The notes: a model not told the origin generated them from the letters alone. DNA of 64,000 nt from an uncultured virus (IMG/VR IMGVR_UViG_3300006120_000020) (IMGVR_UViG_3300006120_000020); one strand, 5' to 3'; positions 29,454 to 40,523 are shown, numbered from the stretch's first letter. Made by a program: numbers and translations.

Positions 29454-29912
29454 TTAGTTATATTCGGCTAGTAGTCCGACATGTTTTGAACAAATACCTA
29501 TGCATTTAGGTTTAAAGTTCGTAGGGTCAAAATTGCTGTCCCATTCCGGTTGTACGCAAATACCCATTGAAGGTACTTTCTTACCTGGATAAGCCCAAAT
29601 ATAACCATAGCTAGTAATGGTGTAGTCGTCTTTGTCGTGCCAGAAGTAGTTTAGACCTTGACCAGTGGACAGATACTCTAATGCATCAATATCTTTTGCA
29701 TGTATCCACAACTTCTGACGGTTAGCCAGTAAGAAGTCTATCGAGACTCTATATTGTGGTTCATCGTGACCTAAGATTAACTCATCGTTGTATCTCCATA
29801 GGTCAATCTCAGCCGAAAAACCCTTATTCAAAACTTCTTGAATCCATTCAGGGTTATTTTCTTTGTCTTTGTCTGGACCTGCAATCAGGCCTCTATGTGC
29901 AATATAAATCAT
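29454..29912 (-). CDS. glycerophosphodiester-phosphodiesterase-like protein
   Basis: IAHRG..EN..EID..LGHD..WIHAK. Confidence 0.75.
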   Translation of the reverse strand: MIYIAHRGLIAGPDKDKENNPEWIQEVLNKGFSAEIDLWRYNDELILGHDEPQYRVSIDFLLANRQKLWIHAKDIDALEYLSTGQGLNYFWHDKDDYTITSYGYIWAYPGKKVPSMGICVQPEWDSNFDPTNFKPKCIGICSKHVGLLAEYN

Positions 29913-30628
29913 TGAAATCCGTATACTTGTTTTGGTTTATACTCACCGGCTGGAGTGTGCATCAACATACGTTCGATTGGAAATTCTTCCCAAGGAAAGT
30001 TCATCTTTTTAAAGAAGTGTTCTGATACAATATGTGGACACAAAATGCCAGTTTCTTTATAGATGTGCGGTAGAACGGTAAGTATGTTTGTATAAATGGT
30101 CATCAACCATGGGTTACTGACTTGGAACATATCACCTGTACCTTGGCCAACATGGTTTCTATGCAAGATAGTATAGAATTTATTAGGATCAAAGTTGGGT
30201 AGATGATTCTTAAACACCAAATCAGGACGCATACGAATAACCATATCGTAGTGTTTGCCTGTTCTAGCTGTATAATCATTTACCAATTCCATACCCTTGT
30301 GCATCTTATAGAACATGGAAATGATATTACGTTTTACATGATAGTGTTTTTCATATAATTCGGCGTGTTGGTCAAAGCCTGCACGATAGTTTTCAAAGTC
30401 TTCAGTTACAAAAGAAACAGGTTTATATGCTTCACGAACACCTTTGATATCAATTTCAGGTGAATTTGCAACAAAACCTTCTTTACTATGTGGGTCCCAC
30501 CAAGCTTGTTCGTCCCAAGAATGGATGAATACGTCTGGGTTCCAACGATCAAGGATTGTTTCTTTGGTGTTTGGAAACACTTGTTCCCAACAACGCAAGT
30601 GTCCTGTTAAAACTAATGCTACGTTCAT
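29909..30628 (-). CDS. glycosyltransferase-like hypothetical protein
   Basis: ALVLTGHLR..DVFIHSW..YDMVIRMRPD. Confidence 0.7.
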   Translation of the reverse strand: MNVALVLTGHLRCWEQVFPNTKETILDRWNPDVFIHSWDEQAWWDPHSKEGFVANSPEIDIKGVREAYKPVSFVTEDFENYRAGFDQHAELYEKHYHVKRNIISMFYKMHKGMELVNDYTARTGKHYDMVIRMRPDLVFKNHLPNFDPNKFYTILHRNHVGQGTGDMFQVSNPWLMTIYTNILTVLPHIYKETGILCPHIVSEHFFKKMNFPWEEFPIERMLMHTPAGEYKPKQVYGFQ

Positions 30629-31998
30629 GATTTGTGGTGTTCCAAATAATGTTGTAAATCTTCTGGAGTACCTAGACCCCACATTTTATTAATGTTCTTC
30701 ACACGGAATTTCTTGCCATCTGCAATAGCTTCATTGAATACTGGACAAACATAGTATTCGTTATTGACACGAATATTTTTTGCAATCATCTGTTCTGCAT
30801 ACTTCACGTAGTCAGAACCATGGCTCCAATAGTAAATACCGACAGTAGCAATGTCACTAATAGGATTCTTCTCAGCGACTTCTGTAACAAATCCGTCTTC
30901 TCCGATTTTGGCAAAAGACCACTTAGGATGAGTTGACTTAAAAGTGACAATGCCACCATCAATTGAGTCGGCAGTAAAAGCATATAAACATTCATTGGAG
31001 TTCCATTCTACGAATTGGTCTGAGTTAGCCATCAACAATGGTTCATCATTATTAATGAAGTCTTTAGCTAATAGTGTAGTACATGCAGCACCTTCTGTCA
31101 AGCCATCAACTTGTACAATATCACATCCAGGTGCAATCAAATTCAAAACTGATTGTAGATTGTACTTCTCGTAGTGTTCTTTTTGAACCAAGAAAATGAA
31201 GTGTGCTTCAACGTTTAGGTTATCAACCACAACCTGAATCATTGGTTTACCATTCACATCAATCAATGGTTTAGGGAATGTATAACCAGCTTGTGCAAAT
31301 CTAGAACCTGCACCAGCCATAGGAATAAGTACGTTCATCTTTTTATTTCTCCATGGTATATTTTTACTTGTTTGTGATTTCTCAAAGCTTTCGAGATATT
31401 GCATAAACACTATACCATTTAATTCGTAAGCATCTTTCACTGGATATAATGTTGCGCCAGAATTGATTGCACCTTCACGACCAATGTGACTATCTTCAAC
31501 GATGATTGTATCTTTTGGTAAAGCACCTAATGCGGTCATGCATTTCCAATACATTTCTGGATATGGTTTTGTTCTAAACACATCTTCATTACTCACATAG
31601 TAATCAATGTGTTCCAATACACCCATAGAAGCTAATGCAAGCTTTACTGTGTGTCGTATTGAGTTTGATGCAACAGCAACTTTCCAACCATGCAACTTTA
31701 ATTGGCCTACAATATATCTTATTGAAGGATTTTTTGGTGCATTTGGAATTAAGTCAAAGGTTGCTTGTTGTTTATCTTGCCAAACTTGGTCGTACAATTC
31801 TGTTGGCAAACCTTTGTTTTGTGATAACAACTGGAGTTTTTTGGTGGTGTTTAACCCATCGTAGGTCGATAGGTGTTCTTCTCTGGTGATTATGAATTGT
31901 TCACCGATTTTACGAAGTGCTTCATTCAAAGCTTCATAATGTAATTCACGTGAATCAAGTAACACACCATCAAGGTCAAAGATAACTAATTTGGTCAT
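30625..31998 (-). CDS. HAD phosphatase + sugar nucleotidyltransferase fusion
   Basis: DLDGV..KP..EDS; IPMAGAGSRF..PKPL, EKNPISD, LGTPED. Confidence 0.9.
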   Translation of the reverse strand: MTKLVIFDLDGVLLDSRELHYEALNEALRKIGEQFIITREEHLSTYDGLNTTKKLQLLSQNKGLPTELYDQVWQDKQQATFDLIPNAPKNPSIRYIVGQLKLHGWKVAVASNSIRHTVKLALASMGVLEHIDYYVSNEDVFRTKPYPEMYWKCMTALGALPKDTIIVEDSHIGREGAINSGATLYPVKDAYELNGIVFMQYLESFEKSQTSKNIPWRNKKMNVLIPMAGAGSRFAQAGYTFPKPLIDVNGKPMIQVVVDNLNVEAHFIFLVQKEHYEKYNLQSVLNLIAPGCDIVQVDGLTEGAACTTLLAKDFINNDEPLLMANSDQFVEWNSNECLYAFTADSIDGGIVTFKSTHPKWSFAKIGEDGFVTEVAEKNPISDIATVGIYYWSHGSDYVKYAEQMIAKNIRVNNEYYVCPVFNEAIADGKKFRVKNINKMWGLGTPEDLQHYLEHHKS

Positions 31999-32984
31999 AG
32001 TACGTTCAATATTCCATCAACTGTATTTTTAATTTGATGGTTCTTCCATACAAAATGATAACCTTCCGAAATTTGATTTAGATCAGGTTTAAAATCTTTC
32101 AAATATTCAATCAACTGTTCATCATTATCATATGTGAAACCATAGTCTTTCAATACTCTAGCACCAGCAATGTTTCTTGCAGCCCAAGGAGTCGTGTTGA
32201 CCATCGACTCCAATAGAACTAGACCAAAACCTTCACTGTGTGAGTGCATAATATATAGGTCTGATTCCGCAATAGCTTCATACACTTCTTTGTGATTGTC
32301 TAACATCAATGTTCTGATGTTTTCCTCATCTGGTGGCATGATACCGTGACGATTATCATAACCAGTCAACACTAATGTTGTATCTGATGGGTTTGCTTTC
32401 TTAAAACAATCGATAAGTTCATGGAATGCTTTGTTTGGCCAGAAACCACCACAAGACAAGAACATGTTTTTAGTTTTGATATCGTATCTTTTACGGAAAG
32501 TATCATCTGTAAGATCAGGTAAAGATTCGTATTTCTTTCTATTAGCCAAACAGTTATCACCGACAACGCCATGTGATACTTGTACTGACTTATGTTCATA
32601 ACCTTTGGCTCTAACAAATTCCCAATCTTCTTCGGTTGAACAAGCAATGTAACTACAGTCTCTCATTGCAACAGTATAGGTATATGATTGTGAAGGACGA
32701 ATCAACATAAACATAACCGGCGAAGGGATTTTATTGATGTTTGTAAGAACAAAATCTTGTAATGGTACATCACCACCATGAACAACAATCAAGTCCCATT
32801 TTTCACCAAAGATTTGTACATCTGAAGTTACTCTAACTCCGTTCACATCACCTTTGTGTTCGCCTGCAAATACGGCAACTTGATGACCACGTGATAAGGT
32901 TTCTTCAGCCATATCACGCACATAATTTTCAGAACCACCAGGGTATGGTGCATAACGATGCACTACGTATAAGATTTTTTTCAT
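31995..32984 (-). CDS. glycosyltransferase family 4
   Basis: GGSE, EGFGLVLLES. Confidence 0.85.
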   Translation of the reverse strand: MKKILYVVHRYAPYPGGSENYVRDMAEETLSRGHQVAVFAGEHKGDVNGVRVTSDVQIFGEKWDLIVVHGGDVPLQDFVLTNINKIPSPVMFMLIRPSQSYTYTVAMRDCSYIACSTEEDWEFVRAKGYEHKSVQVSHGVVGDNCLANRKKYESLPDLTDDTFRKRYDIKTKNMFLSCGGFWPNKAFHELIDCFKKANPSDTTLVLTGYDNRHGIMPPDEENIRTLMLDNHKEVYEAIAESDLYIMHSHSEGFGLVLLESMVNTTPWAARNIAGARVLKDYGFTYDNDEQLIEYLKDFKPDLNQISEGYHFVWKNHQIKNTVDGILNVL

Positions 32985-33847
32985 GCTTTATATGTAAAAT
33001 ATTGAGATTGATCTTCTTGTCCGTATTTTTCAGCCACGAACTTCTTCCATTCTGGCACACGGTCATATTGGTGTACGATGGCAAATTCTGTGCCTTTAGA
33101 GTTGACTACTTTACCATCAACAAATTTTGGTTCTGGTTCCAAAAGATTTGGTCTGAAACCATCAATCTTAGATGGGTCTGCAACTGTACCTGCTTGAACT
33201 GCCCAACCATGATCCATCCAAGTTTTGAACACAATATTTTTGTATGGTTGTGTGTTGATTAGTACGTTGAACACGGCTTGGTCAACAATAGCAATTGGAC
33301 GATTGGTTGCATTAGAGAAGATGTTAAACACCAAGTCTCTCATGTATTCAGCAGAACCACCTAGAACACCAACGTTGAAGATAATATTATCTTTGAACAG
33401 ATTGTGGATGTATGGACCATAGGCTTGCAATAAGTTCTCGTTACCCCAAGATTCATCTTTGTATTTCAGTGCTTCGGAGGCACAAACCAATTGGTGCATA
33501 TCTCTGACACCAACATTATGGTAGTCTAAGAATTTAAATGCGTCTTTTTGGAAGTACACATCTTTCACATCAGTGGTGATAACATATTCAAACTGTTCCC
33601 AATTCTGACGTAGGTATTCATAGATAGACAAGAAGCGCAACACATGAACTGGAATGTTGGCTTGTGGCATAGGAAAAATTTCAAAGCCTTGTTCAACCAA
33701 CCAATCTCTGGTTTCTTGTGTCGCATTACCAACACACATTACTTTTTTCACATTAGGCATTGTCTCATTGATAGACAACACCCATGGTTTTAGTTCATTG
33801 ATACCGTAATTGGTGCAACCACCAATAATTAGATTTTGTTTCGCCAT
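32981..33847 (-). CDS. GT-A glycosyltransferase-like protein
   Basis: TDVKDV.FQ, N.G, DQA, VHQYDR. Confidence 0.75.
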   Translation of the reverse strand: MAKQNLIIGGCTNYGINELKPWVLSINETMPNVKKVMCVGNATQETRDWLVEQGFEIFPMPQANIPVHVLRFLSIYEYLRQNWEQFEYVITTDVKDVYFQKDAFKFLDYHNVGVRDMHQLVCASEALKYKDESWGNENLLQAYGPYIHNLFKDNIIFNVGVLGGSAEYMRDLVFNIFSNATNRPIAIVDQAVFNVLINTQPYKNIVFKTWMDHGWAVQAGTVADPSKIDGFRPNLLEPEPKFVDGKVVNSKGTEFAIVHQYDRVPEWKKFVAEKYGQEDQSQYFTYKA

Positions 33848-34536
33848 GGGAAAACTCCATTATATTTCTGTTTCATCACTTCATTACCATGCAAGAAGAA
33901 TTCTGGTTTTACTGAGCCAGCATTTCCTGCAACTCTATAATTGACGGTGTATTCACCCGTACAATCAAATTTTGGAAAGTATTGCGACAAGGCTTGTAAC
34001 CAAACTCTATCTTGTCCCCAACCACCGTGCCAAATCTGTGCCAATTTTATCGCAACTTCAGTTTTTATGCAATAGCAATTAGTGTCTATATGGTTATAAT
34101 TACCACTAAAAACTGGCCATTTACCAAGAGATTCACAATCATCGGTAGTCAAGAATTTACCATCTTTATCCATGATGTTCCGGAGTGAATAGGACCAGTC
34201 TAGGTTGTTTTCTTCTATGTGTTTGATGCAAGACTCTACGTGAGTTGGTTCAAACCAACAATCTTGATCCAAGTAAAGAACATACTTGGTATTTACCAAA
34301 TGTGTAAAAGCGGCATACACACGATGGCCATAATAACCATTTGCACCAACGTTGATTGGTAAATTACAAATGTATAGATTTTCATGGTAACCAACATTCA
34401 GTCTTGTCGATGAATGTGCCTTTGGTCCATCCGCAACAACATATGCGGTTGTTGGGTAAGTTTGATTTAATACCGAAGTCAAAGCATCTTTCAACTCAGG
34501 CGAACCTGTAGTTGGCATAATAACAGTAGCAGTCAT
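33829..34536 (-). CDS. glycosyltransferase family 2
   Basis: SVLNQTY..DG, LDQD, GQD. Confidence 0.85.
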   Translation of the reverse strand: MTATVIMPTTGSPELKDALTSVLNQTYPTTAYVVADGPKAHSSTRLNVGYHENLYICNLPINVGANGYYGHRVYAAFTHLVNTKYVLYLDQDCWFEPTHVESCIKHIEENNLDWSYSLRNIMDKDGKFLTTDDCESLGKWPVFSGNYNHIDTNCYCIKTEVAIKLAQIWHGGWGQDRVWLQALSQYFPKFDCTGEYTVNYRVAGNAGSVKPEFFLHGNEVMKQKYNGVFPWRNKI

Positions 34537-34537
34537 A

Positions 34538-34840
34538 TCATTCTCTAGTCAGTTTCAAAATTTCTTCAATTTGTTTTTCAATAACAGGTTTACGATTAGG
34601 CCAATAGATATATTCTTTATCGCCTGTACTATGTAGTTTGTGTAGGAAAGGAACAATCATTGCTTCAAGTTTCTTCAACTTTTCTTTATATTGTTCAGCT
34701 GTCAATTCTGATGCATCATTTTGTGCATCTTCAAGAGTTTTTTTGTATTCATCTTCCGATATAGCAGAAAAATTGAATGTATCACTAACGTTAACGCTAG
34801 CATATTCTTTTGCGAGTTTGTCAAAATCTACGAGTGCCAT
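34538..34840 (-). CDS. hypothetical protein
   Basis: EYIYWPNR motif. Confidence 0.7.
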   Translation of the reverse strand: MALVDFDKLAKEYASVNVSDTFNFSAISEDEYKKTLEDAQNDASELTAEQYKEKLKKLEAMIVPFLHKLHSTGDKEYIYWPNRKPVIEKQIEEILKLTRE

Positions 34841-34841
34841 T

Positions 34842-35591
34842 TTATACGAAACAGTTTAAGTTGATATCCTTTTCGATGATCTTTACAGTTTTACCATCGA
34901 CAGGTGCTATGTTGTAAGGTGACTTTTTTGCAGCGGGTATGGAGAACTGCATTTCAAAAGTGAATTGATAATTGTCACTTCCTTTATATTGTACTCTTGC
35001 ACGATATGTTGCCTTAGCTGATGAACCAAAAGTTGGTACATCTTTTAACTTTAATGGGTTACTTCTACCCATCAAATAAAATCCGTGTGTTCCTACGTTT
35101 ACATAGTAGGTCTTCTTCTTGTTATAATACTGTTCAATTTTTGTTGCAGGAATTTCACCTCGAATGTCCTTGAAGGTGTCTCTATCTCTTTCATAGATTT
35201 GCTTCTTGGTTAGTTTACCTGCTGTGGCTTCCCACAATTCATCTTTTTCTCTTTTGAATGGAATCTCTTTCCATTGTTTTCTAATTGTATCAAACAATCC
35301 AATCTCATCAGCCAAGTCTTTGATGAACATCTTTTCTGTATCGTTTTTGTCAATGTCACCAAATTTCCACGGATTCTTTTTATCTTTTGTATCGTATTTC
35401 AAAACAAGAGAACCTGCTGATGCAGCTGTAATCTTCAATTCACATCCAGACTTTTTCTTGTTGTGTTCCAACATCAAGTCTGGTTGGTCATGGCTTGCAC
35501 CAGCAGGTGTAAAGTTTTTAGGAACAATACCCATCTTTTTCAAAACCTTTGCTGCATTTTCTTCATATTGAAAACCCTGTTGAGCTGCCAT
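34842..35591 (-). CDS. putative PD-(D/E)xK nuclease
   Basis: GFQYE..PD..CELK. Confidence 0.6.
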   Translation of the reverse strand: MAAQQGFQYEENAAKVLKKMGIVPKNFTPAGASHDQPDLMLEHNKKKSGCELKITAASAGSLVLKYDTKDKKNPWKFGDIDKNDTEKMFIKDLADEIGLFDTIRKQWKEIPFKREKDELWEATAGKLTKKQIYERDRDTFKDIRGEIPATKIEQYYNKKKTYYVNVGTHGFYLMGRSNPLKLKDVPTFGSSAKATYRARVQYKGSDNYQFTFEMQFSIPAAKKSPYNIAPVDGKTVKIIEKDINLNCFV

Positions 35592-35612
35592 TTGAACCTC
35601 AAATGGAAGTAT

Positions 35613-36722
35613 TTATCTGATAATCTGAATGTCCTTACCAGAAGTCCAGACTTCCAATTCTGTTCTCAAACGACCTTCATTATGTAGTGTTGCATAACGA
35701 TTGATTGCTTTACTTCTCCACCATTCAACAATGTTGGCCATTTTATGTTTTGCATAGTTCTCACCAGGAATCAACACATCAGTTTTGCAGTTCACATAGT
35801 CAACCATATTCTTGAAACCATAGTCACTGATATAGTAACGTTTCTGTTCGGTCAAGTCTTTGGCTTTTGTTATTGTATCATTAAATGCACTTAAAGCGTC
35901 TTTATCACTCTTTAATGATGCTTTAACCATGGCAATAATCTTCATTGTGGTTTTCAACTTCTTACTTGAAGCATCTTCATCTACAATATCACCAACTTTA
36001 TCTTTTACAAATGCAACTAGGTCATCATACTCTTGGCCGTGCATCATAGGAATAAAATCAGAGTCGGTCAAACCTTTGTAACGAATGAAGGGTTTCATGC
36101 CATCATATTGAGACACGGTCTTAGATGAACCATACAGACTTGTGGTTTCAAATAGGCACAGGTTCATGCCATACTTCTTGTTGACAATTTCACGCACTTC
36201 ATGGCTAGTACAGATACCTGCAAGTAACTTTCCACCAAGATAATTGTAACCGAAAGGTTGTGCTGGCACAATAACAAAACCCATCATAGCAGAGTTATTG
36301 AAACGAGTACCCCATTCTTTTTGTTGTGTGAAGACCTGACCTAGCATTTCATTACGAGGCTTCATGTTGATAACTGGAGAACCAAGTCTCAAGAAGCCAA
36401 CAATCTTACCTGTATTGGTTTCTCTAACAGCAAGCCTAACCTGACGACCAACAGGAGAAATGTTGATGTGTGAACTGGTAATGTTCAACAAGTTTTCCCA
36501 CGATTCAGTTTGCATTTCGATGATTTCAAAATTCATATCTTTTGGATGCATCGTAAAATCGGAGAACAAGTCATCTTCCAATGGAAACAAAGGATCACCC
36601 AAACCACTAAGTGACTTGAGTTTTTGATCCTTCATATATTCATCGATGCGATTGAAGTTACCAAAATAATTTTCAAATACCTTTGCACAATGCAAGGCTT
36701 CATCAAACTTTAAATCCATCAA
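35613..36722 (-). CDS. DUF4338/DruA-like protein
   Basis: QPFGYNYLGGKLLA, TTSLYG, SQYDG. Confidence 0.75.
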   Translation of the reverse strand: MMDLKFDEALHCAKVFENYFGNFNRIDEYMKDQKLKSLSGLGDPLFPLEDDLFSDFTMHPKDMNFEIIEMQTESWENLLNITSSHINISPVGRQVRLAVRETNTGKIVGFLRLGSPVINMKPRNEMLGQVFTQQKEWGTRFNNSAMMGFVIVPAQPFGYNYLGGKLLAGICTSHEVREIVNKKYGMNLCLFETTSLYGSSKTVSQYDGMKPFIRYKGLTDSDFIPMMHGQEYDDLVAFVKDKVGDIVDEDASSKKLKTTMKIIAMVKASLKSDKDALSAFNDTITKAKDLTEQKRYYISDYGFKNMVDYVNCKTDVLIPGENYAKHKMANIVEWWRSKAINRYATLHNEGRLRTELEVWTSGKDIQIIR

Positions 36723-38100
36723 ATGCCTTCTTGGTAGGTTTTTCTCTATTGCCGAATGTGTTTATAGGTTTGTCACTATGACCAGCATCAGCCAAGCCTT
36801 GCTGTGCTGATTGTTCAACGTCATACAATCTCATTTTAGAACGGTCGATGCCAAGTGTGAATCGTTTCAGATATGTTGGATCATTGTAACGATTCTTCAA
36901 TTGCTTGACCATAATCTGTCCCATTTCTTCTAGTTCTTCGGATGAAATAAGAGCAAACATCAAGTCTGCGGTTGCTGGCAGACCAAAAGACTCGCTTGTA
37001 TCTTCCAACCCTGGGTCAGATGAACTAAATCCGCTTCTTGTAGTTTGCGTAGCAGAAACAATTGGTAGTCCGAATTCAACGGCAAGACCTCGCAATTCTT
37101 CTGCGATAGCTTTGACATAAGTGTAACTGTTGACGTTGGCTCCGGCTTTGAGTCTTGAACTACAACAGATATTAAGATAATCCACGAAAATAATGTCAGG
37201 CTTAAAAGACCTTTTGAGATTGAGCTCATTGAGTAGTGTCCTAAAGTGTGTAACAGAAGCCGATGCGGTTGGATATTCTTTGATGATTAATTTACCAACA
37301 GTCTTCTCACGTAGTTTGTTGATTCGTTTATCAAACATATCTTTAGGCATAGACACTAAATCATCAACGGTCACATTCAAAAGATTTGCATCAATACGTT
37401 CCGCAATTCTTTCTTCAGCCATTTCCATTGTTATGTAAAGTACATTTTTACCCAGTACCATGCAACTAGAAGCCACATGGCACATAAAAAGAGACTTACC
37501 AACGCCAGTTCCTGCCAATGCGATGTTGAGCGTTTTGGCTGGAAGACCGCCTTTTGTAATCTTGTTAAAGAATTCCAAATCGAATGGGATTCTTTCTTCG
37601 TGTCTGTGGTAGAATTGATATCGTTCATCCGAGTTTTCCAAATAATCATGACCTACGGAACTATCAAAGCTTACAGCCAAGGCATCCGATAATATCTTGG
37701 GAATCGCACCTTTCTCGGAAGTTTTGTCCTTCCCGTCAAGTATAGAAATTGCCCCCAATACTGCGTTGTAGACTGCTTTCTCTTGACAGAACTTTTCGGT
37801 CCTATCAACAAGCCATTGAAGTTCTGATCCTTCAAGTGTAGATGATGCAATCTCTTGTAAACTCTCTTTGCATCTTTCCATTTCATCATTCGTGAGATTT
37901 CTCCGGTCTTCGATGGCCAATGTAAGTGCTTCAACCGTTGGCGCACCATTGTAATCTTGTACGAATTGGTGTAACTCGTTGAACAATGTGCGGTCGGAAT
38001 TCTCAGAGAAATATTCGGGTTTAAGAAACGGGAGAACTTTCCGCAAATATTCATCATTATAAATTAGATTCTTGAGAATCGTCTGTTCCAGTTTCATCAA
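36703..38100 (-). CDS. gp41: replicative DNA helicase (gp41)
   Basis: GTGVGKS, TMEM, DYLNI, SATQ, KNRY. Confidence 0.97.
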   Translation of the reverse strand: MMKLEQTILKNLIYNDEYLRKVLPFLKPEYFSENSDRTLFNELHQFVQDYNGAPTVEALTLAIEDRRNLTNDEMERCKESLQEIASSTLEGSELQWLVDRTEKFCQEKAVYNAVLGAISILDGKDKTSEKGAIPKILSDALAVSFDSSVGHDYLENSDERYQFYHRHEERIPFDLEFFNKITKGGLPAKTLNIALAGTGVGKSLFMCHVASSCMVLGKNVLYITMEMAEERIAERIDANLLNVTVDDLVSMPKDMFDKRINKLREKTVGKLIIKEYPTASASVTHFRTLLNELNLKRSFKPDIIFVDYLNICCSSRLKAGANVNSYTYVKAIAEELRGLAVEFGLPIVSATQTTRSGFSSSDPGLEDTSESFGLPATADLMFALISSEELEEMGQIMVKQLKNRYNDPTYLKRFTLGIDRSKMRLYDVEQSAQQGLADAGHSDKPINTFGNREKPTKKAFDGFKV

Positions 38101-38377
38101 TAATATCCTGTTCTAGGTTTCCACTCATAATGCTTACTAATAAATCACCAATATAATTTTTGAAAGCATCATCTTTCTCCAACTTACTTGGCTTATTTAC
38201 AGGAGATTCTAACACATCATACGCAAAAAGTAAATAGACCTGGTCGTTTTCTTCCTTAAACTTTACCTTACCGTATTTGAATACGGTATCTTTGTAAGGT
38301 CCTTCTAAAAATTTAATGTGTACTGTTTGAGCATCTTCTTTAGGGTAGATGAAACAATAATCTAGGCCTTCAACCAT
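38057..38377 (-). CDS. hypothetical protein (T4 gp40 position)
   Basis: lies between uvsX and gp41. Confidence 0.65.
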   Translation of the reverse strand: MVEGLDYCFIYPKEDAQTVHIKFLEGPYKDTVFKYGKVKFKEENDQVYLLFAYDVLESPVNKPSKLEKDDAFKNYIGDLLVSIMSGNLEQDIIDETGTDDSQESNL

Positions 38378-38618
38378 CCCAGCCCTCCGTTTGTTCAAAC
38401 TTACGTTCTTGCATAGTCTTTTCTCCAAATATTTTACGAGGATTTGAACACAACATACAATTAGGATTGCCACAATTCATTGCATGTTGTTTTTCAAATT
38501 TATGAGGTTCTTTTACCGTCATACCATTTTCTTTGGCAATCTTGGCTTGCTTCTTAACAGCGTTTTCGTTTTTAAGTAGACGTTTGCTGTGTTTGAACTT
38601 GTCTTCTTCGGTGCTCAT
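38370..38618 (-). CDS. hypothetical protein
   Basis: CGNPNCMLCSNPR motif. Confidence 0.65.
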   Translation of the reverse strand: MSTEEDKFKHSKRLLKNENAVKKQAKIAKENGMTVKEPHKFEKQHAMNCGNPNCMLCSNPRKIFGEKTMQERKFEQTEGWDG

Positions 38619-38619
38619 A

Positions 38620-39690
38620 TCATTCTCCGTTTGTTGTTTGTACCTCATCAAAGGTTTCTTCTACTTCTTCTTGCATAATATTGCCGGATGCAATACGATA
38701 CTTATCTTCAACGAATTGTTGGAAAGATTTTTGCTTCAGAATAGGCAACCAGAAAGCACCAGTGTTGGTGTCTTTCTCACGGTAATTCTTTTCTTCAATT
38801 TCACCATCTTCTGTAACACGTTGATACCAACCAGCTTTTGGTTTTATAACGTGCTTGCTTTCGAGTGCGATATCAAGTAGACCAGACCACTTGTTAATAC
38901 CACCATCATGCAATACAGTAACAGGTATTTTAGATTTTTCTTTAACGTAACGGGATTTTTCGACATTGATAATAAAGTTATAACCAGTGACTTCAGAACC
39001 ATCTTTTTCTTGCTGGCGACCAAGAATGAAAATGTTATCAGCTGAGTAATATGAACCAGTACCACCGCCTACGATATCTTTAGGGAACATGCCAATTTCT
39101 TTATATGTGTGGTTCACAACAATCATTGGAATATCTTTCATAGTCAAGTGTGGTGTTACCATACGGAACAAAGACTTGACTTGTTTTGCACGGCTCATAT
39201 CAGCAACTGATTTTTCTGCCAATGCATCTTCAACTTCTTTCTTAGATGCCAAGTTACCAATCGAATCAATAATAATAATCAACTTATCACCACGTTCTAG
39301 ATTGGTCAACTGAGCCATAATGTCAAACTTCAACTGTTCAATGTCAGTAAGAGGAGTATGAAGGACACGATTAGTATCAATGCCGAAGGAATCGAAATAA
39401 GATTGAGGAGTGCCAAACTCAGAATCATAAAAAAGAAGTGCAGCATCATCATATTTGTCTAGATAAGATTTGGCCATCAACAAAGAAAATGCAGTCTTAA
39501 AATGTTTGGATGGACCTGCCCACATAGTAAGACCTGGTGTTAAACCACCATCCAATTTACCAGACAATGCAATGTTGATTGCTGGAATTGCGGTCGGAAT
39601 CATATCTTTATCACTAAAGAACTTTGATTTGGATAGAATTGCAGACTCTTTGATGCTGCTGTTCTTTTTAATTTTGTCAAGTATGCTCAT
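38620..39690 (-). CDS. uvsX: RecA-like recombinase
   Basis: GPSKHFKT, YDSEFG, DSIGNL. Confidence 0.97.
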   Translation of the reverse strand: MSILDKIKKNSSIKESAILSKSKFFSDKDMIPTAIPAINIALSGKLDGGLTPGLTMWAGPSKHFKTAFSLLMAKSYLDKYDDAALLFYDSEFGTPQSYFDSFGIDTNRVLHTPLTDIEQLKFDIMAQLTNLERGDKLIIIIDSIGNLASKKEVEDALAEKSVADMSRAKQVKSLFRMVTPHLTMKDIPMIVVNHTYKEIGMFPKDIVGGGTGSYYSADNIFILGRQQEKDGSEVTGYNFIINVEKSRYVKEKSKIPVTVLHDGGINKWSGLLDIALESKHVIKPKAGWYQRVTEDGEIEEKNYREKDTNTGAFWLPILKQKSFQQFVEDKYRIASGNIMQEEVEETFDEVQTTNGE

Positions 39691-40523
39691 TGTTTTTCCT
39701 TTTTACGAAACGAGAATGATGAATCATAATCATAGTTGGTTGTTGGTGCGGGCTTCACTTCAGCAATATTAGATTTGTCAATCGCAACAGTATTGTTTTG
39801 AGTAAACACTGGAATATCCAATTCTTCAACTGGTGTTCTGATTGTTTTCTTTTGCTCTGCGACAATTCTATTCTTCAACGAAATATTACCTGCTATCAAT
39901 AATAACACAGCTAGCGGGTCAAATACAAGTATGATTGCAAAGATTACCAAACGAACTGCACGGTCTAGAGCATTATCACCTTCAAAGAACATTTGTGCCA
40001 CGTAGGCGATAGGTCCGACCTCTGCGGTCAATTTATTACTTTCTTTGAGTAAAGGTGCCTTTCTCTGATTGATATCGGATAATTCTTTTTGTGTCTCTTG
40101 GATTTGTTTATCCAATTTGTTTGATGCGGTTGATGGATCCTTTGCTCTTGCAAGCAAGTATTCCAATCTTTCTCTGGTACCTTTTTCTTGTTGTTCAATT
40201 GTTTTCAATTCAACAATATTATCACCAGATGCCAATGTAGAGTCAATATGTGCCTTTGACAAATAACCAAAGATACCCATACTGGTAATCATCATTAAAA
40301 TCACCACAGCTGAAGTCAAATAGTATTTCAATGCTCTTGGTGCGGTATCCCAATTACGATACACCCAAGATGTTGCAATGATCTTGGCAAAACCAAGAGT
40401 GGCACCCATTGCAACCACTGGCCAAAAAACGCCAGGGAAAATGGATGCCAAACCAATGATTGAATAATACTCTGCAATACCAGATAATAATAGTGCTGAT
40501 AGAAAGGTTAAAAATATCATCAT
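39687..40523 (-). CDS. membrane protein with coiled coil
   Basis: TMs, ITSMGIFGYLSKAH, VFDPLAV. Confidence 0.75.
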   Translation of the reverse strand: MMIFLTFLSALLLSGIAEYYSIIGLASIFPGVFWPVVAMGATLGFAKIIATSWVYRNWDTAPRALKYYLTSAVVILMMITSMGIFGYLSKAHIDSTLASGDNIVELKTIEQQEKGTRERLEYLLARAKDPSTASNKLDKQIQETQKELSDINQRKAPLLKESNKLTAEVGPIAYVAQMFFEGDNALDRAVRLVIFAIILVFDPLAVLLLIAGNISLKNRIVAEQKKTIRTPVEELDIPVFTQNNTVAIDKSNIAEVKPAPTTNYDYDSSFSFRKKEKQ

